A DNA stretch of 64,000 nt from Escherichia phage dw-ec. Below, piece by piece: positions 36,994 to 46,229 of the stretch. The stretch lies in sequence record OL739525.1; one strand, 5' to 3'. The notes beneath the pieces were generated by a model. It saw only the letters and a program-made list of their open reading frames with translations. It was not told the DNA's origin and did not search any database. Made by a program: the position numbers and the translations under genes. Each line of letters starts with the position of its first letter. Position 1 is the stretch's first letter.

Positions 36994-38586
36994 TTAACGA
37001 TCCTCTCTGATTTGATTAATCTTACGAGCAAGGGCAGCTATAAGCTTATCTTCTTCAGACACAGGAGCCGTGCTCTTACCTAAACGATGCATGTCTAAAA
37101 TCTCTTGAACAGTTCGGTTCCATTGTAGACATTTAATACAACGTGTATGTGCAACATACAGAAGATTTCGTTCTGATTCTTCAAGACCTACCCACTCACC
37201 CTTCTTATCATAATTAGAAGGAAAGTCATTTGCAACAATAACCTGATCCCATTCCAAACCTTTTGATTTGTGGGCTGTAGTTAAAGTAACTTTAGCCGTT
37301 GGAGAGTTACGGTGCATACGTAAAGTGTATGCAATATTATTAGCTTTACCAGAAACAACAATGTTTAAAAGTCGTTTTGCATCAGGATCTGATTCTGCAC
37401 ACTCTACAAATTCTTCCCAAGAAGTGTAAGGGAGAACTGTCTCATGCTTAACTTTGTCCAAATCACCTCTACGTAAAGCATTAACACTATCAACCATAGA
37501 AATGAAATCTTTGGTATCTACGTTAATAATAATCTCTTCTCCGTTAGCGATTCGGTCCATAGCTTCGAGCAACAGAGTCAAATTTTTACGGAAAATAATG
37601 GTGTAAGGTTTACTATAATCTACCACATCAGAATGAAAACTTCCAGTGACAGTATCATAACCTTTGCCTACCAGCGGATGCTTCAGAGGTGAGCGATCAG
37701 AAAGGATCGCATTAGCAATGTCCGCAACTTTAGGACCAAAGCGAAAACAAGCTGTCAGAGGCAACTCAACCCCATATGTAGCCGTTTGCTTCATCATGTT
37801 CTGGCTTCCACGGAACTGATAAATACTCTGAAATTCATCACCCACAACAACAATACGTTTAGCTGATTTAGCATTGCGAAGGATAGACAGGAATGCAGGG
37901 TTAACATCCTGGAATTCATCTCCAAAAATAATATCGTATCCTAAGTCTTCTTTGCTCAATTCAAAGAGTTTCACATAGGTGTCATGAGTCATAATGGTTT
38001 CTGATTTAGGATCAATACGCTCACGCCAAAGTTGCTTCGCATATTTAACAACTTCGTTAATAAGTTTTTGTTCGTTGATGTTCTTACGTTTAAGATCTGA
38101 CATATGCACTTTAGGAAAATGTTTATGTCCGATATGTTCATCGTCAGAAAACTCATATTTAGCTAAAGTTTGTTTTACCATTAACCCGATCATTGCACGA
38201 GTCAGTAGCACTTTACCATTCTTATCAATCAAGTTCTGAATCTTGAATTTTTTGGCAATCTCACTACCAGTTCCAGCTACGTTAACATATTGACCTTCTG
38301 GACGAGACAATTTGTGTCGAAGGTTTTGTGGAAGACGCTGGTAACAGATTGAATGTAGCGTTCGGCACATAACGTTAGGCGGCATTTTACGTCGAGCTTC
38401 CTCTGCCATACTCTTGTTAAAGGCCAAGTATAGAATACTATCATTTGTGCCATTAGCCAACATATACAGTGTTGACGTTTTACCTGATCCAGATTTAGCT
38501 TGAATTGTAACGAAACGATTTTCTTTATACCCGCTTTCAATAGCGTATTGTTCCTCGGTAGGTGTAAAACTCAATTGTGTAGACAC
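36994..38586 (-). CDS. superfamily 1 DNA helicase (UvrD/RecD-like)
   Basis: 530 aa; Walker A AKSGSGKT, VVVGDEFQSIYQFRG, C-terminal TAHKSKGLEWDQVIV; GTG start with GAGGAG RBS. Confidence 0.8.
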   Translation of the reverse strand: MSTQLSFTPTEEQYAIESGYKENRFVTIQAKSGSGKTSTLYMLANGTNDSILYLAFNKSMAEEARRKMPPNVMCRTLHSICYQRLPQNLRHKLSRPEGQYVNVAGTGSEIAKKFKIQNLIDKNGKVLLTRAMIGLMVKQTLAKYEFSDDEHIGHKHFPKVHMSDLKRKNINEQKLINEVVKYAKQLWRERIDPKSETIMTHDTYVKLFELSKEDLGYDIIFGDEFQDVNPAFLSILRNAKSAKRIVVVGDEFQSIYQFRGSQNMMKQTATYGVELPLTACFRFGPKVADIANAILSDRSPLKHPLVGKGYDTVTGSFHSDVVDYSKPYTIIFRKNLTLLLEAMDRIANGEEIIINVDTKDFISMVDSVNALRRGDLDKVKHETVLPYTSWEEFVECAESDPDAKRLLNIVVSGKANNIAYTLRMHRNSPTAKVTLTTAHKSKGLEWDQVIVANDFPSNYDKKGEWVGLEESERNLLYVAHTRCIKCLQWNRTVQEILDMHRLGKSTAPVSEEDKLIAALARKINQIREDR

Positions 38587-38600
38587 GTATTTCTCCTCTC

Positions 38601-39110
38601 TTAATAAAAACTCTTGACAATCCTCATCATTTCCTTAGCTCTGCTGGCATAAGGTTCTTTTAGATTAGGTGGCAAATGTGCATTAATGTACCCCATTTGT
38701 TTTTCCCATGTCCACTTATCTTTAAATCTTGGCATGGTGTCTCCTGCTAAACTGTTTTCTTTTCGTGTTTGAATAATCCAATTACATGGAAAATGCACAC
38801 CACCTTTACGGAAGGGAATATAATGTCCCAATGTGAATGCCTTATTATTCTTTAAACGTCCAGCTAAATTAAGATTAACAATAAGACTACGAAACACGTA
38901 GTATTGATAAAGATTGTCAACAGTATATACAGAGTAGTATGCTCTAAGTGCATTATCTCTACTAAGATTACCAACATCCAAACTGCACCAGTTTAAATTA
39001 CTTGGATCGTAGTTGTGATTATCAATCCATTCTTCTCTTTCCTCAAATTCTGCATTAACAGCAGACTGCCCTGCTGTAGATACAAAAAGAGAATTTGCAT
39101 CAAAGAACAT
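38601..39110 (-). CDS. hypothetical protein
   Basis: ATG at 39110 with GGGGGAG RBS preferred over GTG at 39116. Confidence 0.55.
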   Translation of the reverse strand: MFFDANSLFVSTAGQSAVNAEFEEREEWIDNHNYDPSNLNWCSLDVGNLSRDNALRAYYSVYTVDNLYQYYVFRSLIVNLNLAGRLKNNKAFTLGHYIPFRKGGVHFPCNWIIQTRKENSLAGDTMPRFKDKWTWEKQMGYINAHLPPNLKEPYASRAKEMMRIVKSFY

Positions 39111-39123
39111 ACTCACTCCCCCT

Positions 39124-39477
39124 TTAGTTTACATCGTTTAGAGCATTACCAATCTTTAAGATAATAGCATCATTAAGAGCGTCTTCTCCATTAAGGCCAG
39201 AGAAAGCAGGAGTAACGAAAGTTACCATATAATAATGGTCTTCTTGTAGGATTGCGATAACGCCGTCTAGTTTAACATCTCCTGTGAAACGAAAAACTTT
39301 CAACTTTTGTTCTAAAGGAAGATCTCCTTCAACATTTAAAACCATATCTCCGACACCAAACTTTTCTGCCCCGATGTAGATGTAAGCTTGGTCCTCTTTT
39401 TTATGGTAATACAATGTTGCTTGTTTGTCTTGTAGTGTTGTGATACCAAACACATCCACATCAATAATATTTTTCAA
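39124..39477 (-). CDS. hypothetical protein
   Basis: TTG start at 39477 directly after GGAGGAG, overlapping upstream stop; track start 39534 would overlap upstream gene by 61 nt. Confidence 0.4.
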   Translation of the reverse strand: MKNIIDVDVFGITTLQDKQATLYYHKKEDQAYIYIGAEKFGVGDMVLNVEGDLPLEQKLKVFRFTGDVKLDGVIAILQEDHYYMVTFVTPAFSGLNGEDALNDAIILKIGNALNDVN

Positions 39478-39842
39478 AAATTCTCCTCCCAAATCCAATA
39501 ATTGTCTACATAAGTAGGATGCCTTTTGTCCCACTCTTTTCTAGCCCAAGCTACGGCTGCTACCAATACATCTCCATGACAAGGTTGAGGTGAGCAGAAG
39601 CAAACTAAATCTTTCCCTTCTAACTCTAATAAATCTTCAAGAGTGATCTTACCACAACGAATTTGCTCCCACAACCACTCTTTATACCTTTGTATAGTTG
39701 ATCCTCGTGGCTCATCATCTTTTAACTTAAAAGGGTTTGCAAACTTAGAGGCTTTTAGTCCCATGTGTGGCATTGCTCTACCAATATAAACAGCACCTTC
39801 TGGGATTGTTTTGCCTAAATGGTAAAAGTTTAATACCTTCAT
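39474..39842 (-). CDS. DUF4326-like protein
   Basis: 122 aa; GAVYIGR...ANPF...GKDLVCFCSPQPCHGDVL resembles DUF4326. Confidence 0.5.
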   Translation of the reverse strand: MKVLNFYHLGKTIPEGAVYIGRAMPHMGLKASKFANPFKLKDDEPRGSTIQRYKEWLWEQIRCGKITLEDLLELEGKDLVCFCSPQPCHGDVLVAAVAWARKEWDKRHPTYVDNYWIWEENF

Positions 39843-39843
39843 A

Positions 39844-40206
39844 TTAACCTAAACACATACGTGCGATCAGACCCTGGATGAGTTTATCTGCTTCTTCCCG
39901 ATCATAGTCGGTATCTTCTATACCACCATCTTCGTCACGATAAACTTTACCTTCCAGGTACCCAGCATCGATCAAACCAATAATCAAATCGAACTGCCAG
40001 CAAGAGTTACCGAAAGGGCGTTTTCCACTGAAACTATCTTCTTCTTCCCAAAGTGTAGAGAGTAGTCGTCTGAAATATTCACGCACAGTAACAGTGCCAA
40101 GATCATCGTCTTCAAAAACAACATCTAAAGCATCTGGTTCAGCTTTCTCTACAACAGGCACATAACGTTGACCATTAATAACAACATCTACGATTGTTTC
40201 TCTCAT
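39844..40206 (-). CDS. hypothetical acidic protein
   Basis: 120 aa ORF. Confidence 0.55.
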   Translation of the reverse strand: MRETIVDVVINGQRYVPVVEKAEPDALDVVFEDDDLGTVTVREYFRRLLSTLWEEEDSFSGKRPFGNSCWQFDLIIGLIDAGYLEGKVYRDEDGGIEDTDYDREEADKLIQGLIARMCLG

Positions 40207-40565
40207 TTTTCCTCCTTTTTGTATTCAATGAACATATCTGCATAGTAAGCTTTACGTTCTTCAAATTTAGCAGGGTTTACCACAATGAACAACACCTTTC
40301 TATTGTCTTGTGGTTCTTTGACTGTAATATATAAATCTTTTGTGCAATAGAAACCTGTGGCTTTGTAAGCGTCACCCCAATTATCCACTCCACGATCTAT
40401 ACGATCAAACTTGCAGTTATACTTTTTATCATCCACCTGGTAGACAGCTTCACCACCATACCAAGTGAAGAATTGGCTACCTTCCACCCCAATCTTGAAA
40501 CCATCACGGGCTGCTGTAGCATTGGTGGCAATCATCAACATCAGGACACAAAGTAGCCTTTTCAT
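40203..40565 (-). CDS. secreted/periplasmic protein
   Basis: Signal peptide MKRLLCVLMLMIATNATAA. Confidence 0.6.
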   Translation of the reverse strand: MKRLLCVLMLMIATNATAARDGFKIGVEGSQFFTWYGGEAVYQVDDKKYNCKFDRIDRGVDNWGDAYKATGFYCTKDLYITVKEPQDNRKVLFIVVNPAKFEERKAYYADMFIEYKKEEK

Positions 40566-40871
40566 TTAGAATTCCTCTTCAGTCTTCTGTCGGTTTTTGA
40601 AGAATACTACGTCATATACCTCTCCGTAACCATCATTCACACAGAACATAATAAAACGATCATCTTCTGCTGTTGGTGCGCGATGTTCAAGTTCAAAACT
40701 TTCAATAAAACCGCGTGAATTTACGTAGTAGATTTCATCCTCACCAGAGAACATCCAATCCCTGTCTATCAGATGGAAAGCTAAACTCACAGGCGACAAC
40801 TCATCCTTCACAGAATCATTGTACAGCATGTGGGCTGCAACTGCCAAACTTAAAGTCGTATTGTGCCGCAT
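40566..40871 (-). CDS. hypothetical protein, tandem paralog A
   Basis: 101 aa; aligns with 40871..41179 (LSLAV..H..Y...VKD...ELE.RAP..DD..IM..VN.G.GE...VVF). Confidence 0.6.
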   Translation of the reverse strand: MRHNTTLSLAVAAHMLYNDSVKDELSPVSLAFHLIDRDWMFSGEDEIYYVNSRGFIESFELEHRAPTAEDDRFIMFCVNDGYGEVYDVVFFKNRQKTEEEF

Positions 40872-41179
40872 TACATCTCCTCGTCGGACTTCAAGGCTTT
40901 AGAGAATACTACATTAAACGTTTCACCGCAACCATTATTAACATAATACATGATGTAATTATCATCTTCGTCTACAGGCGCACGATACTCCAATTCATAA
41001 CTATACAAATTAGAATTACTTGTGCAACCTTGTGGATACCAAAAGTAAAGTTCACCACAAGATTCTACCCACTTAAGACCAGTCCGATCTTCAAATACTA
41101 ATGTAGATGGATTTTCTGAATCTTTTACAGCTTCTTCGTAATACTGGTGCACCGTAACTGCTAATGATAATGTACTCAT
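40871..41179 (-). CDS. hypothetical protein, tandem paralog B
   Basis: ATG at 41179 (track used GTG at 41182); paralog of 40566..40871. Confidence 0.6.
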   Translation of the reverse strand: MSTLSLAVTVHQYYEEAVKDSENPSTLVFEDRTGLKWVESCGELYFWYPQGCTSNSNLYSYELEYRAPVDEDDNYIMYYVNNGCGETFNVVFSKALKSDEEM

Positions 41180-41352
41180 CACGCCTCCAAATAGTGTTTA
41201 CAAATGACAAAACGCCATGTTTGTTTGTAATAGTCTCTTTTTTCAAGAGCCTCTTTGTAAGAGGGTATACGTTGCGACAGAAGCATCCATTCACAATCTG
41301 CACCCATTCTTCCATAAAGCGCGTAACGGATGTTACTTTGTTTATCTCCCAT
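41179..41352 (-). CDS. hypothetical small protein (57 aa)
   Basis: Not in ORF track; ATG with AAGGAGG RBS; stop overlaps downstream start (TGATG); preferred over track ORF 41091..41315. Confidence 0.4.
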   Translation of the reverse strand: MGDKQSNIRYALYGRMGADCEWMLLSQRIPSYKEALEKRDYYKQTWRFVICKHYLEA

Positions 41353-41395
41353 AAACGCCTCCTTAATCTTGTTTACAAGTATACCCTCTAATTAG

Positions 41396-41593
41396 TTACA
41401 CTTTTTCCCAAGTACCAAAAGCACAGGAAGGGTAGATTCCAACTTGAGGGTTTCCGTTATCATCTTTGAAAGTAAAACTGTTGTTGTCTTTATCAAGAAC
41501 TGTAGAATAAATCTTACCAACAGTAACGCAGTTGGAAGCTTGACCCAGTTCAGTGAGAGTAAGACATTTCATTTTCTGTTTCTTTGTAGCCAT
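41396..41593 (-). CDS. hypothetical protein
   Basis: 65 aa ORF. Confidence 0.45.
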   Translation of the reverse strand: MATKKQKMKCLTLTELGQASNCVTVGKIYSTVLDKDNNSFTFKDDNGNPQVGIYPSCAFGTWEKV

Positions 41594-41675
41594 TTATAAA
41601 ATCTCCTTAGTAAGTGAATCTTTATTCTACACAAAGAGCTTTGCACATGTCAAGTAACTCTTTGTCAGATTAGTC

Positions 41676-41945
41676 TTAATGATTAATGATGTTGATGACA
41701 ATCTTAGTTTCAACCTTAGCCCAACAGTAATCTGCTTCATTAAAACGACTAGTCACAATGTATTCTCCTGCACGAGAACCTGTTAAGCACACTGCACCTG
41801 TATCTGTAGCTAAGTAGTAGTCCCGTTCTTGTTCACTTACTTCTGAATCGTAGTAGTAGAAAACAGACATAGGTTCAATTTCAGATAAACGGTATAACTT
41901 TGGAACAGGGGATTTCTCGATAAACTCAACAGAAGTTTTACTCAT
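41676..41945 (-). CDS. hypothetical protein
   Basis: 89 aa ORF. Confidence 0.5.
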   Translation of the reverse strand: MSKTSVEFIEKSPVPKLYRLSEIEPMSVFYYYDSEVSEQERDYYLATDTGAVCLTGSRAGEYIVTSRFNEADYCWAKVETKIVINIINH

Positions 41946-42178
41946 TTGTTTTCTCCTAGATCTAAACTAATTAAGAAGTCACGAAGGATGATCATTTGTT
42001 CTGTAGACAATGATAATACACCTTCTCCATAAATATCACCAGACCATTCAGCAGTTAGATCTAGTGTACCAGTACCAGGAAACCAATCAACAGTGATCTG
42101 ATTACCATTAGAGTCAGGTAGTATTTCACTGACTAACATAACACACTCTCCTATTATTGTTCTTGATCTTACGATCAT
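41942..42178 (-). CDS. hypothetical protein
   Basis: 78 aa ORF, start overlaps upstream stop. Confidence 0.5.
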   Translation of the reverse strand: MIVRSRTIIGECVMLVSEILPDSNGNQITVDWFPGTGTLDLTAEWSGDIYGEGVLSLSTEQMIILRDFLISLDLGENK

Positions 42179-42634
42179 CTACCGATAAGAACAAGTACTT
42201 AAATCTCTGTTCTTCGAACATCTAACGATAGAGATTAATCTATTACATAATCTATACTCGCTATCGCTCGACCCTTCGGGGTTAGGGTAGCATATTTTTT
42301 GAAAAAAGTCAACACTTATTTTTTTGGTAAGTAGATAAATCAATTGTTCACCTGCTTCTGGTGCATATAGTGCTTTAGTATCGAAGTCAAAGAAGTGAGT
42401 GACTCCTGTTACTTTGGATGCATGAATAGATAATCGTGCAAGCTTAAGCAGATTATCCATTTCCGCAATCTTTGCACGAAATACTGCACGTGTAGCGTCA
42501 AAAGCTGCATGTGGCATGTATTTACGATTTAGACTACTACGTTTAAATTTACGATAATCTGCAATGATCCTGTTACGTTCTTTGTTCAAGTGCTTTACCA
42601 GTGCAGTATATACATGTGGTTCTTTGTTAGCCAT
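42179..42634 (-). CDS. hypothetical basic protein
   Basis: ATG at 42634 with GAGGAG RBS. Confidence 0.5.
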   Translation of the reverse strand: MANKEPHVYTALVKHLNKERNRIIADYRKFKRSSLNRKYMPHAAFDATRAVFRAKIAEMDNLLKLARLSIHASKVTGVTHFFDFDTKALYAPEAGEQLIYLLTKKISVDFFQKICYPNPEGSSDSEYRLCNRLISIVRCSKNRDLSTCSYR

Positions 42635-42839
42635 TGTTAATCTCCTCTTCATATGTTGGTAGTGCATGGTATGCGATCACAGGTGCCAAGTCAAAATAAA
42701 AATGACCATTGATAACAGCTATCGTGCCATTGCGTGTTTTGTTAACTTCACAGAATCCCTTCTTGCCGTTTGCCATGATTACAAGCCACTCTCCGATAGG
42801 AACATCCTCGGTACCAGATACTTTAATCCATCCACTCAC
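42627..42839 (-). CDS. hypothetical protein
   Basis: 70 aa ORF. Confidence 0.45.
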   Translation of the reverse strand: MSGWIKVSGTEDVPIGEWLVIMANGKKGFCEVNKTRNGTIAVINGHFYFDLAPVIAYHALPTYEEEINNG

Positions 42840-43096
42840 TTTACTTCCCCTTTGTAATCGGACACTATGCCAGGTCTTACTTTTGCCTTAAGATGTTTCA
42901 ACTCTGCCATAGGAGTTGCCACTTGTATAAGGTTAATAATTTCAACCTCGTAGATAGTATACTCATAACCCGCATACTTCCCGATGGAATGCAGGTATTT
43001 GATAGCATGTTCAGGTGAATCTGCTTCAACATACCCCAAATCTTTTGTAGTGCGGCCTTCACAGTCGCCTTCTGTAGTTACGTGATAAAGTGTCAT
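42836..43096 (-). CDS. hypothetical protein
   Basis: 86 aa ORF; start overlaps upstream stop. Confidence 0.5.
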   Translation of the reverse strand: MTLYHVTTEGDCEGRTTKDLGYVEADSPEHAIKYLHSIGKYAGYEYTIYEVEIINLIQVATPMAELKHLKAKVRPGIVSDYKGEVK

Positions 43097-43242
43097 AAAA
43101 CCTCCTCATAGTAAGGTAAAGCCTTGATCAGTTGTTCTGAAGTGCCATTTTGCACCCACGTAACACCCTTGTCAAGAGAAACATACCCTTTCTTATCGAT
43201 AAATTTACGAAGACAACCAGTGAACTTGTTTTTGTAGATCAT
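43093..43242 (-). CDS. hypothetical small protein (49 aa)
   Basis: Not in ORF track; ATG overlaps upstream stop (ATGA), AGGAAAG RBS; hand-translated. Confidence 0.35.
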   Translation of the reverse strand: MIYKNKFTGCLRKFIDKKGYVSLDKGVTWVQNGTSEQLIKALPYYEEVL

Positions 43243-43673
43243 TTCTTCTTTCCTTTCTTTAATTTGTTGTGACCTTTACCCTTATAAAGCTTGTGATTAC
43301 GAGCAGACGGGTTATTTTGGTTCTCCAGTCGGCTAACAGGTGTATTCCAAAGGTTTCCTGCTACAAAAGATGCTGCCACAAGTTCTTCCAGGTATACAAA
43401 ATCCAAAGCAGGTATCTTTGTTTCCCTCATCTCGTGTTCTACATTAGACAACACACCTTCTTCCTTACTGTCTTCTTTTTCAATTACAGACCAACCCTCT
43501 TCCTGCCAAGCTTCCCCTCTGAACCAAGTTTCCATGTTATAACCTTGTTCGTCGAGAATAACACCATCTCGCATTTCAAACCATTCGCCACCACAAAAAT
43601 GGCGGTGCTCAACACGTCTACCTTCCTTCATTGCTTCTTTAGCTTCGGGCCAAGTCAGTTTGATGTTTTGCAT
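43239..43673 (-). CDS. DUF2829-like protein (possible Tad2-type signal-nucleotide sponge), first gene of minus-strand operon
   Basis: 144 aa; N-terminus LTWPEAKEAMKEGRRVEHRHF..GEWFEM fits the [FW]xEAxxAxKxGxxVxR pattern of DUF2829; Lys-rich C-terminal tail; AAGGAGAA RBS. Confidence 0.45.
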   Translation of the reverse strand: MQNIKLTWPEAKEAMKEGRRVEHRHFCGGEWFEMRDGVILDEQGYNMETWFRGEAWQEEGWSVIEKEDSKEEGVLSNVEHEMRETKIPALDFVYLEELVAASFVAGNLWNTPVSRLENQNNPSARNHKLYKGKGHNKLKKGKKK

Positions 43674-43700
43674 TTGTTTTCTCCTTTTGTTTGGTAGGAG

Positions 43701-43763
43701 TTGATCTTAACAAGATTAAAAAGTATGTCAATACTTGATCTGAAATTATTTTCAGGTATCATG
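43701..43763. promoter_or_regulatory. divergent promoter hub between minus-strand and plus-strand early operons
   Basis: Plus strand: TTGATC-16-TATCAT (43735..43762) and TTGATC-17-TATGTC; minus strand: TTGACA-16-TAAGAT (rc of 43704..43731); small ATCTT-aac-AAGAT hairpin. Confidence 0.5.
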
Positions 43764-43787
43764 TATGAACATTAACAAGAGAGGTAG

Positions 43788-44081
43788 ATGATGAACATTA
43801 CTTTAGCAACTAAGAATATTTCTGAAACAATTAACGGTTTTGGTGTGATTGTAGCCTTGCACGGTAACAATGAGAAATGGTTGGCTTCTTTTGAAGAGGA
43901 TCGTCAACACAACATTATTTTAGATGCTCCTATAAAAGTTATGCATATCGTTGGTGAAAGCAAAGTGCTTACTTCCTCCCGTTCAAAAGAACAAATTACA
44001 AATGAATTAGTAAAACTGCTTGACAATGTTCTTAACATGTTTGATAATGCACCCATCGACACAAAACGTGTCTTAATGTGA
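43788..44081 (+). CDS. hypothetical protein
   Basis: 97 aa ORF, first gene of plus early operon. Confidence 0.6.
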   Translation: MMNITLATKNISETINGFGVIVALHGNNEKWLASFEEDRQHNIILDAPIKVMHIVGESKVLTSSRSKEQITNELVKLLDNVLNMFDNAPIDTKRVLM

Positions 44082-44093
44082 AAGGAGAATATA

Positions 44094-44585
44094 ATGGCTT
44101 ACCCTGATTACATTGACGAACGTGCTATGGGTTTCTTCCGTAACTTCTTGGTTGGTCGTTCTCACGGAGACAACGGTTCCAGTTATAAAACAAGCTGGGA
44201 TAGTCAGTGTGGCGCTAAGGCTACCAAAACTTTGAAAATGCCAGGTCGTCCGTTGTGCGCGTATTGTGGTAATGAAGCTTTAGCTCTTCAACCTGGTATT
44301 GAACATGGTGATTATACTATTAAAGGTTACACTTGTGTCTGCAAAGGTGCAATGGACGAGGCGGATTGGGTGAAAGAAAAAGCAGAGATGGAGGAACGTC
44401 ATAAACGAGAAGCTTATGAAATGGAAAAACGTATGCCTGTTCCAGATTTGCAAGTTAAGAAAGATATTGTTGCGAAAATGATGGAAAAAGTCCAGAAAGC
44501 AGAGACGGAAGAAGACCTAAATCGTGCACTGGAAAACTTACGTAATTTTAAAGAAGAAAAAGAGTTGCGTGAGATTATGTGGTAA
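44094..44585 (+). CDS. hypothetical Cys-rich protein
   Basis: 163 aa; AAGGAGAA RBS; C..C...C.C cluster. Confidence 0.6.
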   Translation: MAYPDYIDERAMGFFRNFLVGRSHGDNGSSYKTSWDSQCGAKATKTLKMPGRPLCAYCGNEALALQPGIEHGDYTIKGYTCVCKGAMDEADWVKEKAEMEERHKREAYEMEKRMPVPDLQVKKDIVAKMMEKVQKAETEEDLNRALENLRNFKEEKELREIMW

Positions 44586-44622
44586 GGTATACTATTTCCA
44601 TCAATTAAGAGAGGAGAACCAA

Positions 44623-44910
44623 ATGTATTATTCACAAGACGAAGTAGCAAACATTAAACTGGCAGTTGGCGATCTTATTGTGTCACCTAACTACTATTGG
44701 GATAACACAGACTTGGTTGAAGTAGTAACCTATGTTGGAGTTGAAGGTATTGTGCTCTACACACTAGGTGGAGGTGTTGTTGGGGAAATGGAACGTTATA
44801 CGACAACGAAGAAACTGGTAAGCTCTTATCACATGTTTTTACACCAAGGTTCGGAAGAGTATACAGCTTTCTTGTTGAAATTAGATGCAGATCGGGAGAA
44901 GGCACGATGA
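44623..44910 (+). CDS. hypothetical protein
   Basis: ATG at 44623 with GAGAGGAGAA RBS (track start 44524 rejected). Confidence 0.55.
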   Translation: MYYSQDEVANIKLAVGDLIVSPNYYWDNTDLVEVVTYVGVEGIVLYTLGGGVVGEMERYTTTKKLVSSYHMFLHQGSEEYTAFLLKLDADREKAR

Positions 44911-45263
44911 AAATTGTACACGATGAAATTCAAATAGAAGAAAGTGACCTGATGGATTTGGATGCAGCTTTGGGGAAGGTAATCTATGCAGGAATTAAAG
45001 CCTTCCGTGAGAAGGCAAACAATAGCACGTTTGTCATGATCCCCACTAAACTGATGCGTGTTTTGTATCCAAATAGAAGTGCGCCGTATACAGATGAAGA
45101 AGAGGAGACAGGTAGAAGAGAGTGGTTAAATATTTTAGAAAAGATGGAGAATGCTTTTATTGATAGTGGTAATCCAGAAATCGTGTATGCTGAAGATCAA
45201 AGGAAGGCACGGTTAGAGGGCCGTCTTTTATTCGCTAGTTATTTTGATAATCTTTGGAGCTAA
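44907..45263 (+). CDS. hypothetical protein
   Basis: 118 aa ORF. Confidence 0.55.
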   Translation: MKIVHDEIQIEESDLMDLDAALGKVIYAGIKAFREKANNSTFVMIPTKLMRVLYPNRSAPYTDEEEETGRREWLNILEKMENAFIDSGNPEIVYAEDQRKARLEGRLLFASYFDNLWS

Positions 45264-45265
45264 AT

Positions 45266-45442
45266 ATGTCTGAATTCTTCACAATGGCTTTCTTAGGGAT
45301 CTATCTGATTATTAGTGCTGTTGGCTTAATCATGTCTCTAATAGAGGAAATGGGAATTAAGTGGAATTGTGCATTCGGTATAGCTCTTATGCTCACTCCA
45401 GTTTGGATTTACATTTGCAAATCGGTTGAACTAATTGGTTAA
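45266..45442 (+). CDS. small membrane protein
   Basis: ATG at 45266 with GGAG RBS; two hydrophobic helices. Confidence 0.5.
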   Translation: MSEFFTMAFLGIYLIISAVGLIMSLIEEMGIKWNCAFGIALMLTPVWIYICKSVELIG

Positions 45443-45452
45443 TGGAGGTAAT

Positions 45453-45791
45453 ATGTTTAGTAAAGAAATGAGAGAGGTAATCGCTACTCTGGTAGTTGAT
45501 CATGGTGTTGAAGTTGAGCGTCACGTTTGGAAAGATGAGCCTCCTTTCTTTGATTTGGCATCACGAGCTAAAAGTCACATGAATCTCCTTGAAGATGATA
45601 AGGATTTTATTCTGCGTATGCGTTATGATCGAGAGTTTAGAATTCCTCTTGACACAAATCCTGATGATGTAGTATTGTGGTTGGCAGAGCATTTCGCATT
45701 TAACGCTCTACATGGAAGAAGTTTTGGTAATGAACGTTGGGATACCATTTGTCGTAAACATAATATTGAACCAGAATACGGGAGTATGTAA
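45453..45791 (+). CDS. hypothetical protein
   Basis: ATG at 45453 after GGAGGT. Confidence 0.55.
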   Translation: MFSKEMREVIATLVVDHGVEVERHVWKDEPPFFDLASRAKSHMNLLEDDKDFILRMRYDREFRIPLDTNPDDVVLWLAEHFAFNALHGRSFGNERWDTICRKHNIEPEYGSM

Positions 45792-46042
45792 TGTTAAGCG
45801 TTAAGCCTAAGATGATCAGTGAAGACCAGAAAGATTTCATTTACAAGTGTGGACGAATCTGGAGAGAGTATACCAAGGGTAACGAGGTCGTGGTGGTTAC
45901 TGAACACCAGATTGAAATCTCTGATCTTTTCGGTGATTATTTGCAAGTGATCAAATTAGGCATTGACAGAGGTTTGGTGCAGGTGTTAACATTATCCCAA
46001 GTTGAAGCAGAACACTTAGACAAAATCATTGTCGAGTTCTAA
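45791..46042 (+). CDS. hypothetical protein
   Basis: 83 aa ORF. Confidence 0.55.
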   Translation: MLSVKPKMISEDQKDFIYKCGRIWREYTKGNEVVVVTEHQIEISDLFGDYLQVIKLGIDRGLVQVLTLSQVEAEHLDKIIVEF

Positions 46043-46055
46043 GAGGAGAAAGAAT

Positions 46056-46220
46056 ATGATCTCTTTAGAATCAATAGCTTTTAAGAAAGGGTATACCGCA
46101 GGGTTCAAGTTTGGTATGTTTAATAAAGTAAATCCGTACTGTCCAATGACACACAAAAAGGAATTCGAAGAATGGGAAGATGGATTTTCTAAAGGCTACC
46201 AGGCAAAGGGTTGGTTGTAA
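46056..46220 (+). CDS. hypothetical protein
   Basis: ATG at 46056 with AAGAGGAGAA RBS. Confidence 0.5.
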   Translation: MISLESIAFKKGYTAGFKFGMFNKVNPYCPMTHKKEFEEWEDGFSKGYQAKGWL

Positions 46221-46229
46221 GGAGAGAAT

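Noticed and set aside
41091-41315. 74-aa minus-strand track ORF
   Set aside because: Overlaps the N-terminus of the paralog-B gene by 92 nt; an alternative 57-aa frame (41179..41352) has a strong AAGGAGG RBS and couples to the downstream start.
42270-42320. Promoter-like TTGACT with downstream GC hairpin on the minus strand
   Set aside because: Lies inside the coding region of 42179..42634 and the -10 region is poor (TACCCT); treated as chance similarity though an internal promoter is possible.
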